A stretch of 64,000 nt of DNA, from assembly GCA_965263355.1 (NCBI GenBank), contig CBDHHL010000032.1:3840001-3904000 (forward strand), in the 5' to 3' direction. The notes under the pieces are model-generated. The model made no database searches and was not told the DNA's origin. It worked only from the letters and a program-made list of their open reading frames with translations. This document shows, piece after piece, positions 1 through 8,839 of this stretch. Within the stretch, counting starts at the first letter, position 1, and the number at the start of each line of letters is the position of its first letter. The position numbers and the translations under genes are program-made. This DNA is from Leptolyngbyaceae cyanobacterium. GTDB taxonomy: Bacteria > Cyanobacteriota > Cyanobacteriia > Phormidesmidales > Phormidesmidaceae.

Positions 1-795
1 GGGGCCAGTGCCATAGTGATTGTGATCGCTATTTTTATCTGTGTCATCGGTACCTATGGTCAATATCGTCCGGTGATGCGTCAGCAACCAGAGTTATCCC
101 CGCACCCGATGGGACGACAGTTGCGTAAGGTGTTTCAAAACCATGCCTTTCGTTGGGTTATGGGACTGTACCTCTGCTCTTGGGTTGGTGTCCAGGTAAC
201 GGCGGCCATGCTGCCCTTCTTTGTGACCGATTGGATGCAGCTAAACGAACAGCATTTTACCCAAATGGCGATTACCGTTCAGGGTAGTTCAGTGGTGCTT
301 TTGCCTTTCTGGCTATGGGTGACCAAACGCACTAGTAAACAAAGTGTTTATTTTGCCGGTGCACCGTTGGCCTTGATTGGACTATGTGGCTTAGGTCTGG
401 TGCAGACTGGCCAGATTGGTCTGATGTATGGGGCTGGTTTAGTTACGGGGGCAGGCCTGTCGACGTTTTACCTGGTGCCCTTTGCGATGCTGCCTGATGT
501 GATTGATGATGAGGAACTACGTACGGGAGAGCGTCAGGAAGGCATCTTTATTAGCTTGATGGTGTTTTTGCAGAAAGTGGGTGTTGCGATCGCGATCTTT
601 CTGGCAGGCTGGATGTTGGACTGGGCAGCCCAAATTGGACCCGATACCCGGTTATTAATTATTCGTCTCTTAGCCAGTGCCTTACCGAGCCTATTAATCT
701 GTGGTGGTGTTTATTGCGTCTATCGCTATCCCCTAAACCGCAGTGCCCACCATCGTATTCGTCTGCAATTAGAACAGAACCGCAAACAAACCTGA
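1..795 (+). CDS. MFS transporter, GPH/MelB-like sugar:cation symporter family (5' truncated by window edge)
   Basis: Multiple TM helices; C-terminal MLPDVIDDEELRTGERQEG motif typical of the GPH family. Confidence 0.85.
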   Translation, partial: GASAIVIVIAIFICVIGTYGQYRPVMRQQPELSPHPMGRQLRKVFQNHAFRWVMGLYLCSWVGVQVTAAMLPFFVTDWMQLNEQHFTQMAITVQGSSVVLLPFWLWVTKRTSKQSVYFAGAPLALIGLCGLGLVQTGQIGLMYGAGLVTGAGLSTFYLVPFAMLPDVIDDEELRTGERQEGIFISLMVFLQKVGVAIAIFLAGWMLDWAAQIGPDTRLLIIRLLASALPSLLICGGVYCVYRYPLNRSAHHRIRLQLEQNRKQT

Positions 796-805
796 CGTAA
801 CCCTC

Positions 806-831
806 AGGGGCATTGCATGCAATACCCCTAC
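806..831. repeat. REP-like dispersed palindrome (AGGGGCATTGCATGCAATACCCCTAC)
   Basis: Near-perfect inverted repeat ending CTAC; related copy at 24734-24758. Confidence 0.7.
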
Positions 832-864
832 GTTTTTTTGACCATTGTCCACCTGACAAAATTT

Positions 865-1056
865 ATGCAAACGACTGCCGAATACTACTGCGCCTATTGT
901 GGTGAACCTAACACCACCTTTATCGACATCAGCAGTGGTCTCACCCAACAATATGTTGAAGATTGTCAAGTATGTTGTCGACCAAACATTCTTTATATAA
1001 CCATTGACGAAGAGACCCTGGACGTAGATATTCAAACCGATTGCGAAGATCGCTAA
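865..1056 (+). CDS. CPXCG-motif cysteine-rich small protein (zinc-ribbon-like)
   Basis: CAYCGE...YVEDCQVCCRP motif; ATG at 865 preferred over 817, which lies inside the palindrome. Confidence 0.85.
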   Translation: MQTTAEYYCAYCGEPNTTFIDISSGLTQQYVEDCQVCCRPNILYITIDEETLDVDIQTDCEDR

Positions 1057-1156
1057 ACCCTCTGAGTATCCTGTAGATCGTTTGTCTGTTCCCGATAAAT
1101 GGGCAGGATAAGTCCGAATTCACATTAATTGTTGTGTAGCTATTGGTAATGTCACA

Positions 1157-2887
1157 GTGACAGCTATGGAGAACCGATTGAAAACTTTTGTTCGTGTTAT
1201 TTCCAGTTCCTTAGTTAGTGCACTATTGCTAGTCAGCTGCAATGGTGGTACTTCTAGCTCTGGGGGCAGCGGAGGGCGTGGGTTTGAAGTAAAACTGCTG
1301 GTGGGCAGTGCCCTACACCATTTCTGTGATGAGGCGGCGGTTCAGTTTAACCAAACTAATCCGAAACTATCGACTGGTGAAGATTTTCACATGACTTGTG
1401 AAGCGGCGGGCAGCGGCGATGTTGTGGAGCGTACCGTCACCCTTGCCCAGCAGTTGCAGCAGGGAACCATTGCCGCTGACGCACCAGAGTTTCCCACGCT
1501 TGTGTCGGTGGATGGTGAGATCTATCAAAATCAGTTGATCTATCGCATAGACCAGCTCTATCCTGGCCAGGACTATATCCCAGCGATTACCGATGCGCCG
1601 CTGTTGGCCCATAGTCCCATGGTGTTTATGGTGCCAACGGATTTGGCCCCTGGTCTGCGCAACGTAGACGATTTATTTGCCAAGCTAGTGACAGCCACCA
1701 CCCATAAAGATTTGGACGCCAGTAGCCCAGCCCAGCCGGTTTACTACGTACATACGGCACCTACCCGCTCCAACTCTGGGTTACAAACCCTGGTGGCTCA
1801 GTTTGCCTCTGTCTCTGGCAAACGGCCAGAAGAGCTAACAGCTGCGGATGTACAGCAGCACCAGGCGGCAGTGCAAAAAATCCAGAGTAAAATCACACGC
1901 TACGGCAAGTCCACATCGACACTGGCTAAGGCCATGGTAGAAAACGGGCCGTTTTGGGCTTCCATTGGTTCGGTGTATGAGTCATCAGTAATTGCGGCTA
2001 ATACGGACCTGCCTGCGGGGGCAACGCGCTATGAAGCGGTGTATCCCAAGTCAACCTTTACATCTAATATGCGGGCTATTGTGCCTAATGCTCCTTGGGT
2101 GAGCGACCAAGAAAAGGAAGCGGCTGACCAAATTATTGAGTATTTGCAATCTCCATCCGCTCAGCAGATTGCCACTGATTTAGGATTACGCCCAGGTTCG
2201 CCAGGAGTAGCGTTAGGGCCAAAATTCTCGGCCAATTTTGGCGTAGACCCCCAGGCTAGTTATGATTCTTACCGTCCTCCAGCACCGGACGTTACTGAAA
2301 CGATGATCACCGCCTGGAGCCAGGTGGCCAAGAAGTCGTCTAAGGTAGTGGTGGTGGTAGATAGCTCAGGCTCCATGGAGGGCAATAAACTACCTGCGGT
2401 GCAGAACACCCTCAAGACCTATGTGGAGAGCTTGGGTCCTAAGGACGAAGTAGCACTCATCGACTTTGACAGTGAAATTCGTCAGCCTATCCTGGTGGAC
2501 GGTACCCCTGACGGTCAGTCCCGTGGTTTACAGTTTGTGGCTAGCCTCCGAGCCGATGGCGGTACCCGTTTGTATGATTCAGCGCTGGCAGCGCGTAACT
2601 GGCTGGCTCAAAATCTGCGACCGAATGCCATCAATGCCGTATTGATTTTGACCGATGGCGAAGATTCTGAATCGGGCATTGGACTTGAGCAATTAGGTCA
2701 AGAACTATCTAAGAGCGGCTTTTCGTCCGATCAACGGATTGCTTTCTTTACGGTGGGCTATGGCAAGGAAGGGGAGTTTAATCCTCAAGCGCTGGAACAG
2801 ATTGCTGAGCTAAATGGAGGATACTATCGTAAGGGTGATCCGGCTACCATTGCTCAGTTGATGGCCGATCTGCAGGTAGAGTTTTAG
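1157..2887 (+). CDS. Lipoprotein with extracellular solute-binding domain fused to a C-terminal VWA domain
   Basis: Lipobox LLLVSC; PTRSNSG and YESSVI SBP-type motifs; MIDAS DSSGSM, GGTRLYD, LTDGED. Confidence 0.85.
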   Translation: MTAMENRLKTFVRVISSSLVSALLLVSCNGGTSSSGGSGGRGFEVKLLVGSALHHFCDEAAVQFNQTNPKLSTGEDFHMTCEAAGSGDVVERTVTLAQQLQQGTIAADAPEFPTLVSVDGEIYQNQLIYRIDQLYPGQDYIPAITDAPLLAHSPMVFMVPTDLAPGLRNVDDLFAKLVTATTHKDLDASSPAQPVYYVHTAPTRSNSGLQTLVAQFASVSGKRPEELTAADVQQHQAAVQKIQSKITRYGKSTSTLAKAMVENGPFWASIGSVYESSVIAANTDLPAGATRYEAVYPKSTFTSNMRAIVPNAPWVSDQEKEAADQIIEYLQSPSAQQIATDLGLRPGSPGVALGPKFSANFGVDPQASYDSYRPPAPDVTETMITAWSQVAKKSSKVVVVVDSSGSMEGNKLPAVQNTLKTYVESLGPKDEVALIDFDSEIRQPILVDGTPDGQSRGLQFVASLRADGGTRLYDSALAARNWLAQNLRPNAINAVLILTDGEDSESGIGLEQLGQELSKSGFSSDQRIAFFTVGYGKEGEFNPQALEQIAELNGGYYRKGDPATIAQLMADLQVEF

Positions 2888-2895
2888 GAGCGCTG

Positions 2896-3615
2896 ATGAA
2901 GCTAGCCAATCCATTGCAGTATCCACTCGCGGTGCTGGCAGGGGGCATTTTCCTGGTAGGCGGGGTGCGTTTGGCGCGGTTGCCTGCGGCGATCGCAATA
3001 CCCGGTGCGATCGTCATTACAACGGCTGGTGCCGCCGTGCTTAAGTCTCGCGAGCCGGACAAGGTTGAGTTGACTAATAAGGCAATCAACCGCGAATTTC
3101 AACAGGTACGACAGCAGGCAGTGGCTTTGGGTGCCAGGGCAGATGAGCTGAATGCAGAGGCAACTAAGCTGCTAACGGCTAGTGATCAGATTGAGCTATT
3201 GGGGGTGGTGCAGTATGCGTGCGATCGCACCCAGGAACTCCCCAAAAAAATTGACCAGCTTGCCCTGCGGCTAGAAGGCAACGATGCCCTGCTCTCCGTT
3301 AGCGATCTGGAACGACAGCTCAAACAAGCCGAAATCAAAGTTCGCAACAGTAAAGGTGTCGCCCAAGAACACTGGGGCAAGCTGGCCAACAGCCTCAAGC
3401 GTAATATCGCCCTTGCCCAGCAAGGTGAAGACGCCCGCCAGGCCCAACTGGCTAATCTATCCACACTCATTGCTGAATCCGGTGGTGTTCTGCAACAGCT
3501 CCAAAACAAACTTCGTACCGCTGACCTCACTAACTCAGTCGCTGCCAATGAACTGCGAGAACTTAGCGATGAATTCAAAGCCGTCCAAGAAAATGTCGAT
3601 GTCCTAATCGCCTAA
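2896..3615 (+). CDS. Membrane-anchored coiled-coil hypothetical protein
   Basis: Two N-terminal hydrophobic segments followed by a long heptad-rich helical region; AGGAG RBS 8 nt after the upstream stop region. Confidence 0.75.
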   Translation: MKLANPLQYPLAVLAGGIFLVGGVRLARLPAAIAIPGAIVITTAGAAVLKSREPDKVELTNKAINREFQQVRQQAVALGARADELNAEATKLLTASDQIELLGVVQYACDRTQELPKKIDQLALRLEGNDALLSVSDLERQLKQAEIKVRNSKGVAQEHWGKLANSLKRNIALAQQGEDARQAQLANLSTLIAESGGVLQQLQNKLRTADLTNSVAANELRELSDEFKAVQENVDVLIA

Positions 3616-3642
3616 TTTCTATCCATATTTCCCCTCCATTCC

Positions 3643-3684
3643 AATTTTGGTAGAGACGTTCCATGGAACGTCTCTACCAAAATT
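3643..3684. repeat. Perfect 42-bp palindrome, REP-like (GTAG...CTAC core)
   Basis: AATTTTGGTAGAGACGTTCCA / TGGAACGTCTCTACCAAAATT. Confidence 0.85.
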
Positions 3685-3705
3685 ATCCCTTATCCATTCC
3701 CCACT

Positions 3706-4800
3706 ATGTCCAAACCCCTTATCTCCGTCGCCATTATCGCTGCCTCCGCTGGCCTCGCCTACGCTCCTCTTCCCGGCGTTAACCAAACCATTACCATCGT
3801 CAGCGGTAGCGAGCTACAGGAACCCCTCAAACTCCTCGAAACTCGCTTTGAGCAACAAAATCCCTCAATCCAAATAAATCTTGAGTTCCAGGGCTCTCAA
3901 GATATTGTCAATAAATATATCGACGATAACAACGACTTTGAACCGACAGTTCTGATTCCTGCTAATGGACAATTGCTGGATGAACTCAGCCAACGTTGGC
4001 AGGCTCAGTATGGTGATGAACCATTTTATGAGACACCGCAGCCTATTGCCAAAACAATGCTAGTGGCTGTTTCTTGGCCAGAGCGTGCCCAGGCTTTATT
4101 TCCCGGTGGTCAGTTTCAATGGCAGCGATTAGAAGATGCCATGGCCGATGGCAGCTGGAGTAAAATTGGTGGCAATGCTGCCTGGGGCAGCTTTGACTTT
4201 GTTACCACCGATCCTACACGCTCCAACAGCGGTCAGCTTACCATGAGTCTGTGGTCTCAGGCTGAAGCGAATAGTAACAATCTCAACACCAGCGATTTTG
4301 GTAAAAATAATGTTCAAACTTTGTTTGGGTTGGTAAAACGCTCGGTTTATCAGCCTCCCCGCTCCACGGACATTTTGTTGCAAGAGTTTATTGCCCGTGG
4401 TCCCAATGATGCTGACATTGCCACAGTTTATGAGAGTATTGCCCTCCATCGTTGGGAACAGTCCAGCACTACTCAAGGCAAACCTTACCAAATTCTTTAC
4501 CTGGACCCTACCATTGAAACCGTTTCTACCGCAGCCATTGTGCGCCGTGATGTGAGTGGTGGTGAGGCCAAAGCCGCCCGTTCGTTTATCGATTTTCTGA
4601 TCGCTCCAGAACAACAGGCCGTTTTTGTACAGCATGGTTTTCGCCCCATGAATGCCAACGTTGACCTAAATTCTGTTCCCAATAGTCCCTGGGGTCAAAA
4701 CATTCCTGGAGCGATGACGGATCCTAATGGACGTGTAAGTGCTCCCCCAGATCGTACGGTTGTAGAAGAAGTGATTCGTCAGTGGCAACGGGCCAACTGA
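3706..4800 (+). CDS. Extracellular solute-binding domain protein, paralogous to the N-terminal part of 1157..2887
   Basis: Signal/anchor N-terminus; shared GS-x-D, PTRSNSG and YES motifs. Confidence 0.8.
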   Translation: MSKPLISVAIIAASAGLAYAPLPGVNQTITIVSGSELQEPLKLLETRFEQQNPSIQINLEFQGSQDIVNKYIDDNNDFEPTVLIPANGQLLDELSQRWQAQYGDEPFYETPQPIAKTMLVAVSWPERAQALFPGGQFQWQRLEDAMADGSWSKIGGNAAWGSFDFVTTDPTRSNSGQLTMSLWSQAEANSNNLNTSDFGKNNVQTLFGLVKRSVYQPPRSTDILLQEFIARGPNDADIATVYESIALHRWEQSSTTQGKPYQILYLDPTIETVSTAAIVRRDVSGGEAKAARSFIDFLIAPEQQAVFVQHGFRPMNANVDLNSVPNSPWGQNIPGAMTDPNGRVSAPPDRTVVEEVIRQWQRAN

Positions 4801-4823
4801 TACTGTTCTCAATCATCAGATAT

Positions 4824-6596
4824 CTAATCAACTTGAGCCCGAAACCTGACAAAACCGTAGGCCCCTGTCGGATCATTAGAGGCGGAGGGCACATCTCCCA
4901 CATTGACTACAATAAATCCGTTATCTTGGGTTTGGCTTCCCTGGGTTAAATCGTAACGGCAGTAGCTTAACGAATCACTATTATTAGCAATGTACGCTCC
5001 TAGATCAAGATCTTCTGCGTTAGTCAGACTTTGCTCACCGCTGTTACGTCCCAACATAATACCGGTATCTGTAGCAAATGCATTCTCTACAAAGGTGAGA
5101 TAGTCAGGAATGCGATCACACAGTCGAAAATCTTGTGCCACTGTGCCCCCATTGGAAAGAAAATAAATGGTGTATTCAATTTCATCTCCCGGTTCTACAC
5201 TAATGCCATTGACAACTCCACTCAGATAGTTAGCTGGCCACTCTGGTGCATTATCATCGTCATCGGGATCGCCCACATCCACATAAGTACTATCAAATAA
5301 TTGTTCATCAGCCTGCCCCCGATTGATTGCTGTAATTCTTTTAACTAAAGCCATTTGGGGCTTTTCTGACGGCTCAAATGGAAAATTAATATTTAAAATA
5401 TCTGTTGTCAAAAGTGTTACCTGACGCGGATTTGTTTGGGATACCTCTACATCCCCTCCACCATAGATAAGCCCCTCTAGTTCTGGATCAGTTTCATCAA
5501 TATCCACCCAGTAAGTTTCATTCTCTGCCAGGTTGGCAAATAAATACTGTCCACTATTTTGAGTCGCTTGCGTCTCAATTAGTAAATCGTCACCGTTGGT
5601 TTCTAGAATATTGTCGCCATCATCTTTGTAGAGCGTAACTGTTACCTCATCTAATCCGCTCTCACTATTATTCAATAAGTCATCTCGACTCCCATCTTCA
5701 AAGGCAGTACCACTAATTTGGCAACCAGCTGCCATGCCTGAGGTCAGAAAGATAGACTGAGTGGCTCCGCCATCCAGGGGGACACCTACTGCATAGGTGA
5801 TTTGGGTGGTGTCAATAAACATATTTTGATAATCAACCACAATCCGATTGCTAGTTTCATCCTCTGATGGGTTGGGACCTAGTTGTTGGGTATTGGATGA
5901 GTTCGAGTTATCGGTGGAAGATGGGTCATCAGCGAAAGAATGTTTATTACCCAAGAGACTCTCTACCAGAATAGAGCCAGTATAGGTATTGGTAGAGCTA
6001 ATGGATGTTCCGTTTAAAGAACTCTCAACTTCAAGGATGTCACGAAAGCGTACATTACTGTTAACATACTGACTATCGATATCTCCAACCAATATACGAC
6101 TACTACCAATTGGACGATTATAATCAATCTCCAAAACCCAGGAATCACCAGGTTCTCCTTTTCGTTCTGTCAGCTTTGGGGTTCTAAGCCCTGTTTCTGG
6201 GTCGGTAAACTCAATGAAAAAGATATCTGGATCATTGCCGGAGGCCACGAACTGACCACTATTGTTGTTAATGGCCACCGTACGTAAGGTGGCTGTAGTA
6301 CCATCTGGAGCTGTTGCAGTCCACACCGTATCCACTGAATATTTAGCTGCAGGATTGCTACCTCCAGTCATGCCAAAGGGAGCACGATCGGGTACAAAGT
6401 CTCCAAATAAGGTATTGTGGCAGCTTAAGGAAATAGGGGCTTGAGGGGAAGTATCAGGTAATGCCTCCAGGGGAAAAGTCGCTTGGGCCGGTGATGCTAT
6501 GATTAATGTAGCCACAATACTCGTTGCCAGCGCTAAAGAATGGGCAGCGGCCATTTTCCCGTTTCTTATCTTTTTTAATGACTGCAGTCTGTCCAT
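4824..6596 (-). CDS. Secreted protein with SdrD B-like domain and C-terminal DUF11-like domain (candidate tip subunit)
   Basis: Signal peptide (..ASPAQA); ISGTAFED..E-x-GL-x-x-VTVTLY SdrD B-like; LVKRIT..PGDEIEYTI..CDRIP; ends GFVRFRAQVD. Confidence 0.75.
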   Translation of the reverse strand: MDRLQSLKKIRNGKMAAAHSLALATSIVATLIIASPAQATFPLEALPDTSPQAPISLSCHNTLFGDFVPDRAPFGMTGGSNPAAKYSVDTVWTATAPDGTTATLRTVAINNNSGQFVASGNDPDIFFIEFTDPETGLRTPKLTERKGEPGDSWVLEIDYNRPIGSSRILVGDIDSQYVNSNVRFRDILEVESSLNGTSISSTNTYTGSILVESLLGNKHSFADDPSSTDNSNSSNTQQLGPNPSEDETSNRIVVDYQNMFIDTTQITYAVGVPLDGGATQSIFLTSGMAAGCQISGTAFEDGSRDDLLNNSESGLDEVTVTLYKDDGDNILETNGDDLLIETQATQNSGQYLFANLAENETYWVDIDETDPELEGLIYGGGDVEVSQTNPRQVTLLTTDILNINFPFEPSEKPQMALVKRITAINRGQADEQLFDSTYVDVGDPDDDDNAPEWPANYLSGVVNGISVEPGDEIEYTIYFLSNGGTVAQDFRLCDRIPDYLTFVENAFATDTGIMLGRNSGEQSLTNAEDLDLGAYIANNSDSLSYCRYDLTQGSQTQDNGFIVVNVGDVPSASNDPTGAYGFVRFRAQVD

Positions 6597-6675
6597 GATT
6601 CTACCGTTTTTCTGGAGAAAGCAATTTTGAGAGCAACAGGGACTAGCCTGCTACACCATGAAGGTCAGGAAAGAA

Positions 6676-8781
6676 TTAGGGTTCAACTTGTAAATCTGTT
6701 TCTTGATTCACAAAAGAAATCTCAATGCCGCGTATATCGCTAAACACGAATTCCACCCGTCGATTGCGTGCATAGTTAATTCGGTCGGTTTCATCCACCA
6801 GTAGCTCAGTCTCACCAAAAGATCGAATGGTCATCCGCTCGGGGGCAATTCCCTTTTGTATGAGATACCGTCGTGCATTGTTGGCCCGACGCTCAGCTAG
6901 GTCCTGGTTGTAGGCCACACTTGCTCTGGAGTCAGTATGCCCGTGTAAATCAACAACTATCGATGGATATTGCCTCATTATTGACGCAATTTGGTTTAAA
7001 ATCACCGCACTGTCAGGATTAATAAAATCTTCGTCGAGGCCATAGTGGACATTGCGAGGGACCTGGAGATGGAGGATTTCTGGTTCGGGAGAGGGGGAGA
7101 GGGGGGGAGTGGGGGGAGTGGTACATTCAACAGATACCATGGGGGTGGGCCTCATGCGGTTGGGGCGAGTAGTGCTGGTTTCACCGAGAGCAACGACAGT
7201 CGTATTAAGGGCAGGTTCAGAGGTGCCGTAATCTGGATCGGTGGAAATACCACTGATAACATCACCTGGTTGTAGATCTGTCGACGTATAACTAAAGGTA
7301 CCGTTCTCTTGCACATTTACCGTAGTAAGGGGTTTGGTGAGGGGACCATAGTCTCCTGTATTTCCTTGGGTGAGATAAAGCTGTATTGTGGAACCCACAT
7401 CAGCCTTACCCTGGACCACCACCTGACCATCAATTGCAAAGAACTCAGGACTATCAAACTGGGGTGGATTGATAGCGCTGTTGCCGGTATCTCGTCGCCG
7501 CTGGTGGGAATCACGCAGTGGATTAGGACCATCCCCTCGCTGAAAGTCTTGTACACCTCGATTCCGACGGGTATTGAGGTCAATGCTCAACCCTTCTAAA
7601 TTCTCAAAGTGATTGTTCTCAATTATATTGCGCTGGCTGTGGGTATGAGCTCCCTGACTAAAGGCAGTCACCACTACACCAGGGCCTTTTTGATTGGCAA
7701 TGTGATTGTCCATTATCCGGTGGTCATTACCCATCAAGTAAATGGCTGCCCGTCGCAGACGCTGACCATTAAAACGCATGTCGTTGTTGCTAATCTCTAC
7801 AGCTCCCTGGGGTTTAAACAGGAAGATCCCACTACCGTCATTACCACACATCAAATTTCCACTAATCAGACTATTATCAATGTGGCCTTCCAAACGAATG
7901 GCATCGGGCATCCCCGCTAAGCCATTGTTAACAATGAGGTTCTCAACAATTTCTAAATTCTCAGCTCGGACTCCGGTAATTACTCCACTGCCATCGTGAT
8001 ATGAAATACGATTGTGATGTAGTTTTACCCCTTGACTATTGAAGACAGATATCCCAAAGGCAGAGGGCTGTTTTGGGATACTGTTATCTGCTGGAATACC
8101 GATCCAGTTTTGTTCGATAACAATTCCCTGGGGTGGGTGATTCTCGTCATAAAAAGAGAGATGACTAGCAGGGAGAAACTGCTGGCTAGTATCCAGTTGA
8201 GGTGATTCGTGGGCGATAAAAATATCTGCTGGTGGCGTTGACTCAGTTGCTTTGTGCTCTGAGGTAAACCCGTACAAACTGAAGCCACGAATTGTAATGT
8301 CATCTGCGACGATAGTTAAGCCCCGAAATACTTCAGCATCATTGGCAGGTGTGATTTCTACTACTGGAATCGCCACTAAAATTTCTGCTGTGGCTGATTT
8401 GGTGGCGTCATAACCGGGTTGTGTTGTTCCATCGATGGTGAGTCCAGGCTGGGCTAGGACCGGTAATAGTGACTGCAACTCAATGGTGGTGTTGCCAGTA
8501 GGCAGGTCAAAGGTAATGACTGAATTATCTGAGTTAGGGGTAACTTGTTGCTGTTCTGCATCGCTCAGGTCAGCGGTGGTCAAAGTGCCGTTGGTGATTG
8601 AGATCGCTTCTCGCAAGGTAAGTTGATCATCTACGGTGATCGGTCCATCCTGGGCACTGTTCACCGTAATGTGCACCTTAGGCAAATGAGTATTTTCCAG
8701 GGTTTGGGCGGTAGCCGCCGTAGCCACTGTTGCCAAGAGTAGAGATGTTGCTAAGGTTCGAATAGGTTGACAATGGATCAT
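6676..8781 (-). CDS. Right-handed beta-helix protein with C-terminal OmpA-like peptidoglycan-binding domain
   Basis: LTLREAI motif and Asn-rich beta-helix repeats; GHTDSRASVAYNQDLAERRA and NRRVE OmpA motifs; ATG 8781 gives a clean signal peptide (ORF track starts at 8877). Confidence 0.85.
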   Translation of the reverse strand: MIHCQPIRTLATSLLLATVATAATAQTLENTHLPKVHITVNSAQDGPITVDDQLTLREAISITNGTLTTADLSDAEQQQVTPNSDNSVITFDLPTGNTTIELQSLLPVLAQPGLTIDGTTQPGYDATKSATAEILVAIPVVEITPANDAEVFRGLTIVADDITIRGFSLYGFTSEHKATESTPPADIFIAHESPQLDTSQQFLPASHLSFYDENHPPQGIVIEQNWIGIPADNSIPKQPSAFGISVFNSQGVKLHHNRISYHDGSGVITGVRAENLEIVENLIVNNGLAGMPDAIRLEGHIDNSLISGNLMCGNDGSGIFLFKPQGAVEISNNDMRFNGQRLRRAAIYLMGNDHRIMDNHIANQKGPGVVVTAFSQGAHTHSQRNIIENNHFENLEGLSIDLNTRRNRGVQDFQRGDGPNPLRDSHQRRRDTGNSAINPPQFDSPEFFAIDGQVVVQGKADVGSTIQLYLTQGNTGDYGPLTKPLTTVNVQENGTFSYTSTDLQPGDVISGISTDPDYGTSEPALNTTVVALGETSTTRPNRMRPTPMVSVECTTPPTPPLSPSPEPEILHLQVPRNVHYGLDEDFINPDSAVILNQIASIMRQYPSIVVDLHGHTDSRASVAYNQDLAERRANNARRYLIQKGIAPERMTIRSFGETELLVDETDRINYARNRRVEFVFSDIRGIEISFVNQETDLQVEP

Positions 8782-8839
8782 GGCTCTAGCCTCTGCAGCA
8801 TCAAGTGAACGGAGAAATAGTTGCGTGAAAAAAATAATT

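Noticed and set aside
3647..3877. 76-aa ORF starting MVETFHGTSL
   Set aside because: Translation of the REP-like palindrome, overlapping the SBP gene out of frame
7083..7121. G-rich tract as a G-quadruplex or phase-variation site
   Set aside because: Explained by the Pro-rich linker (TTPPTPPLSPSPEP) on the coding strand
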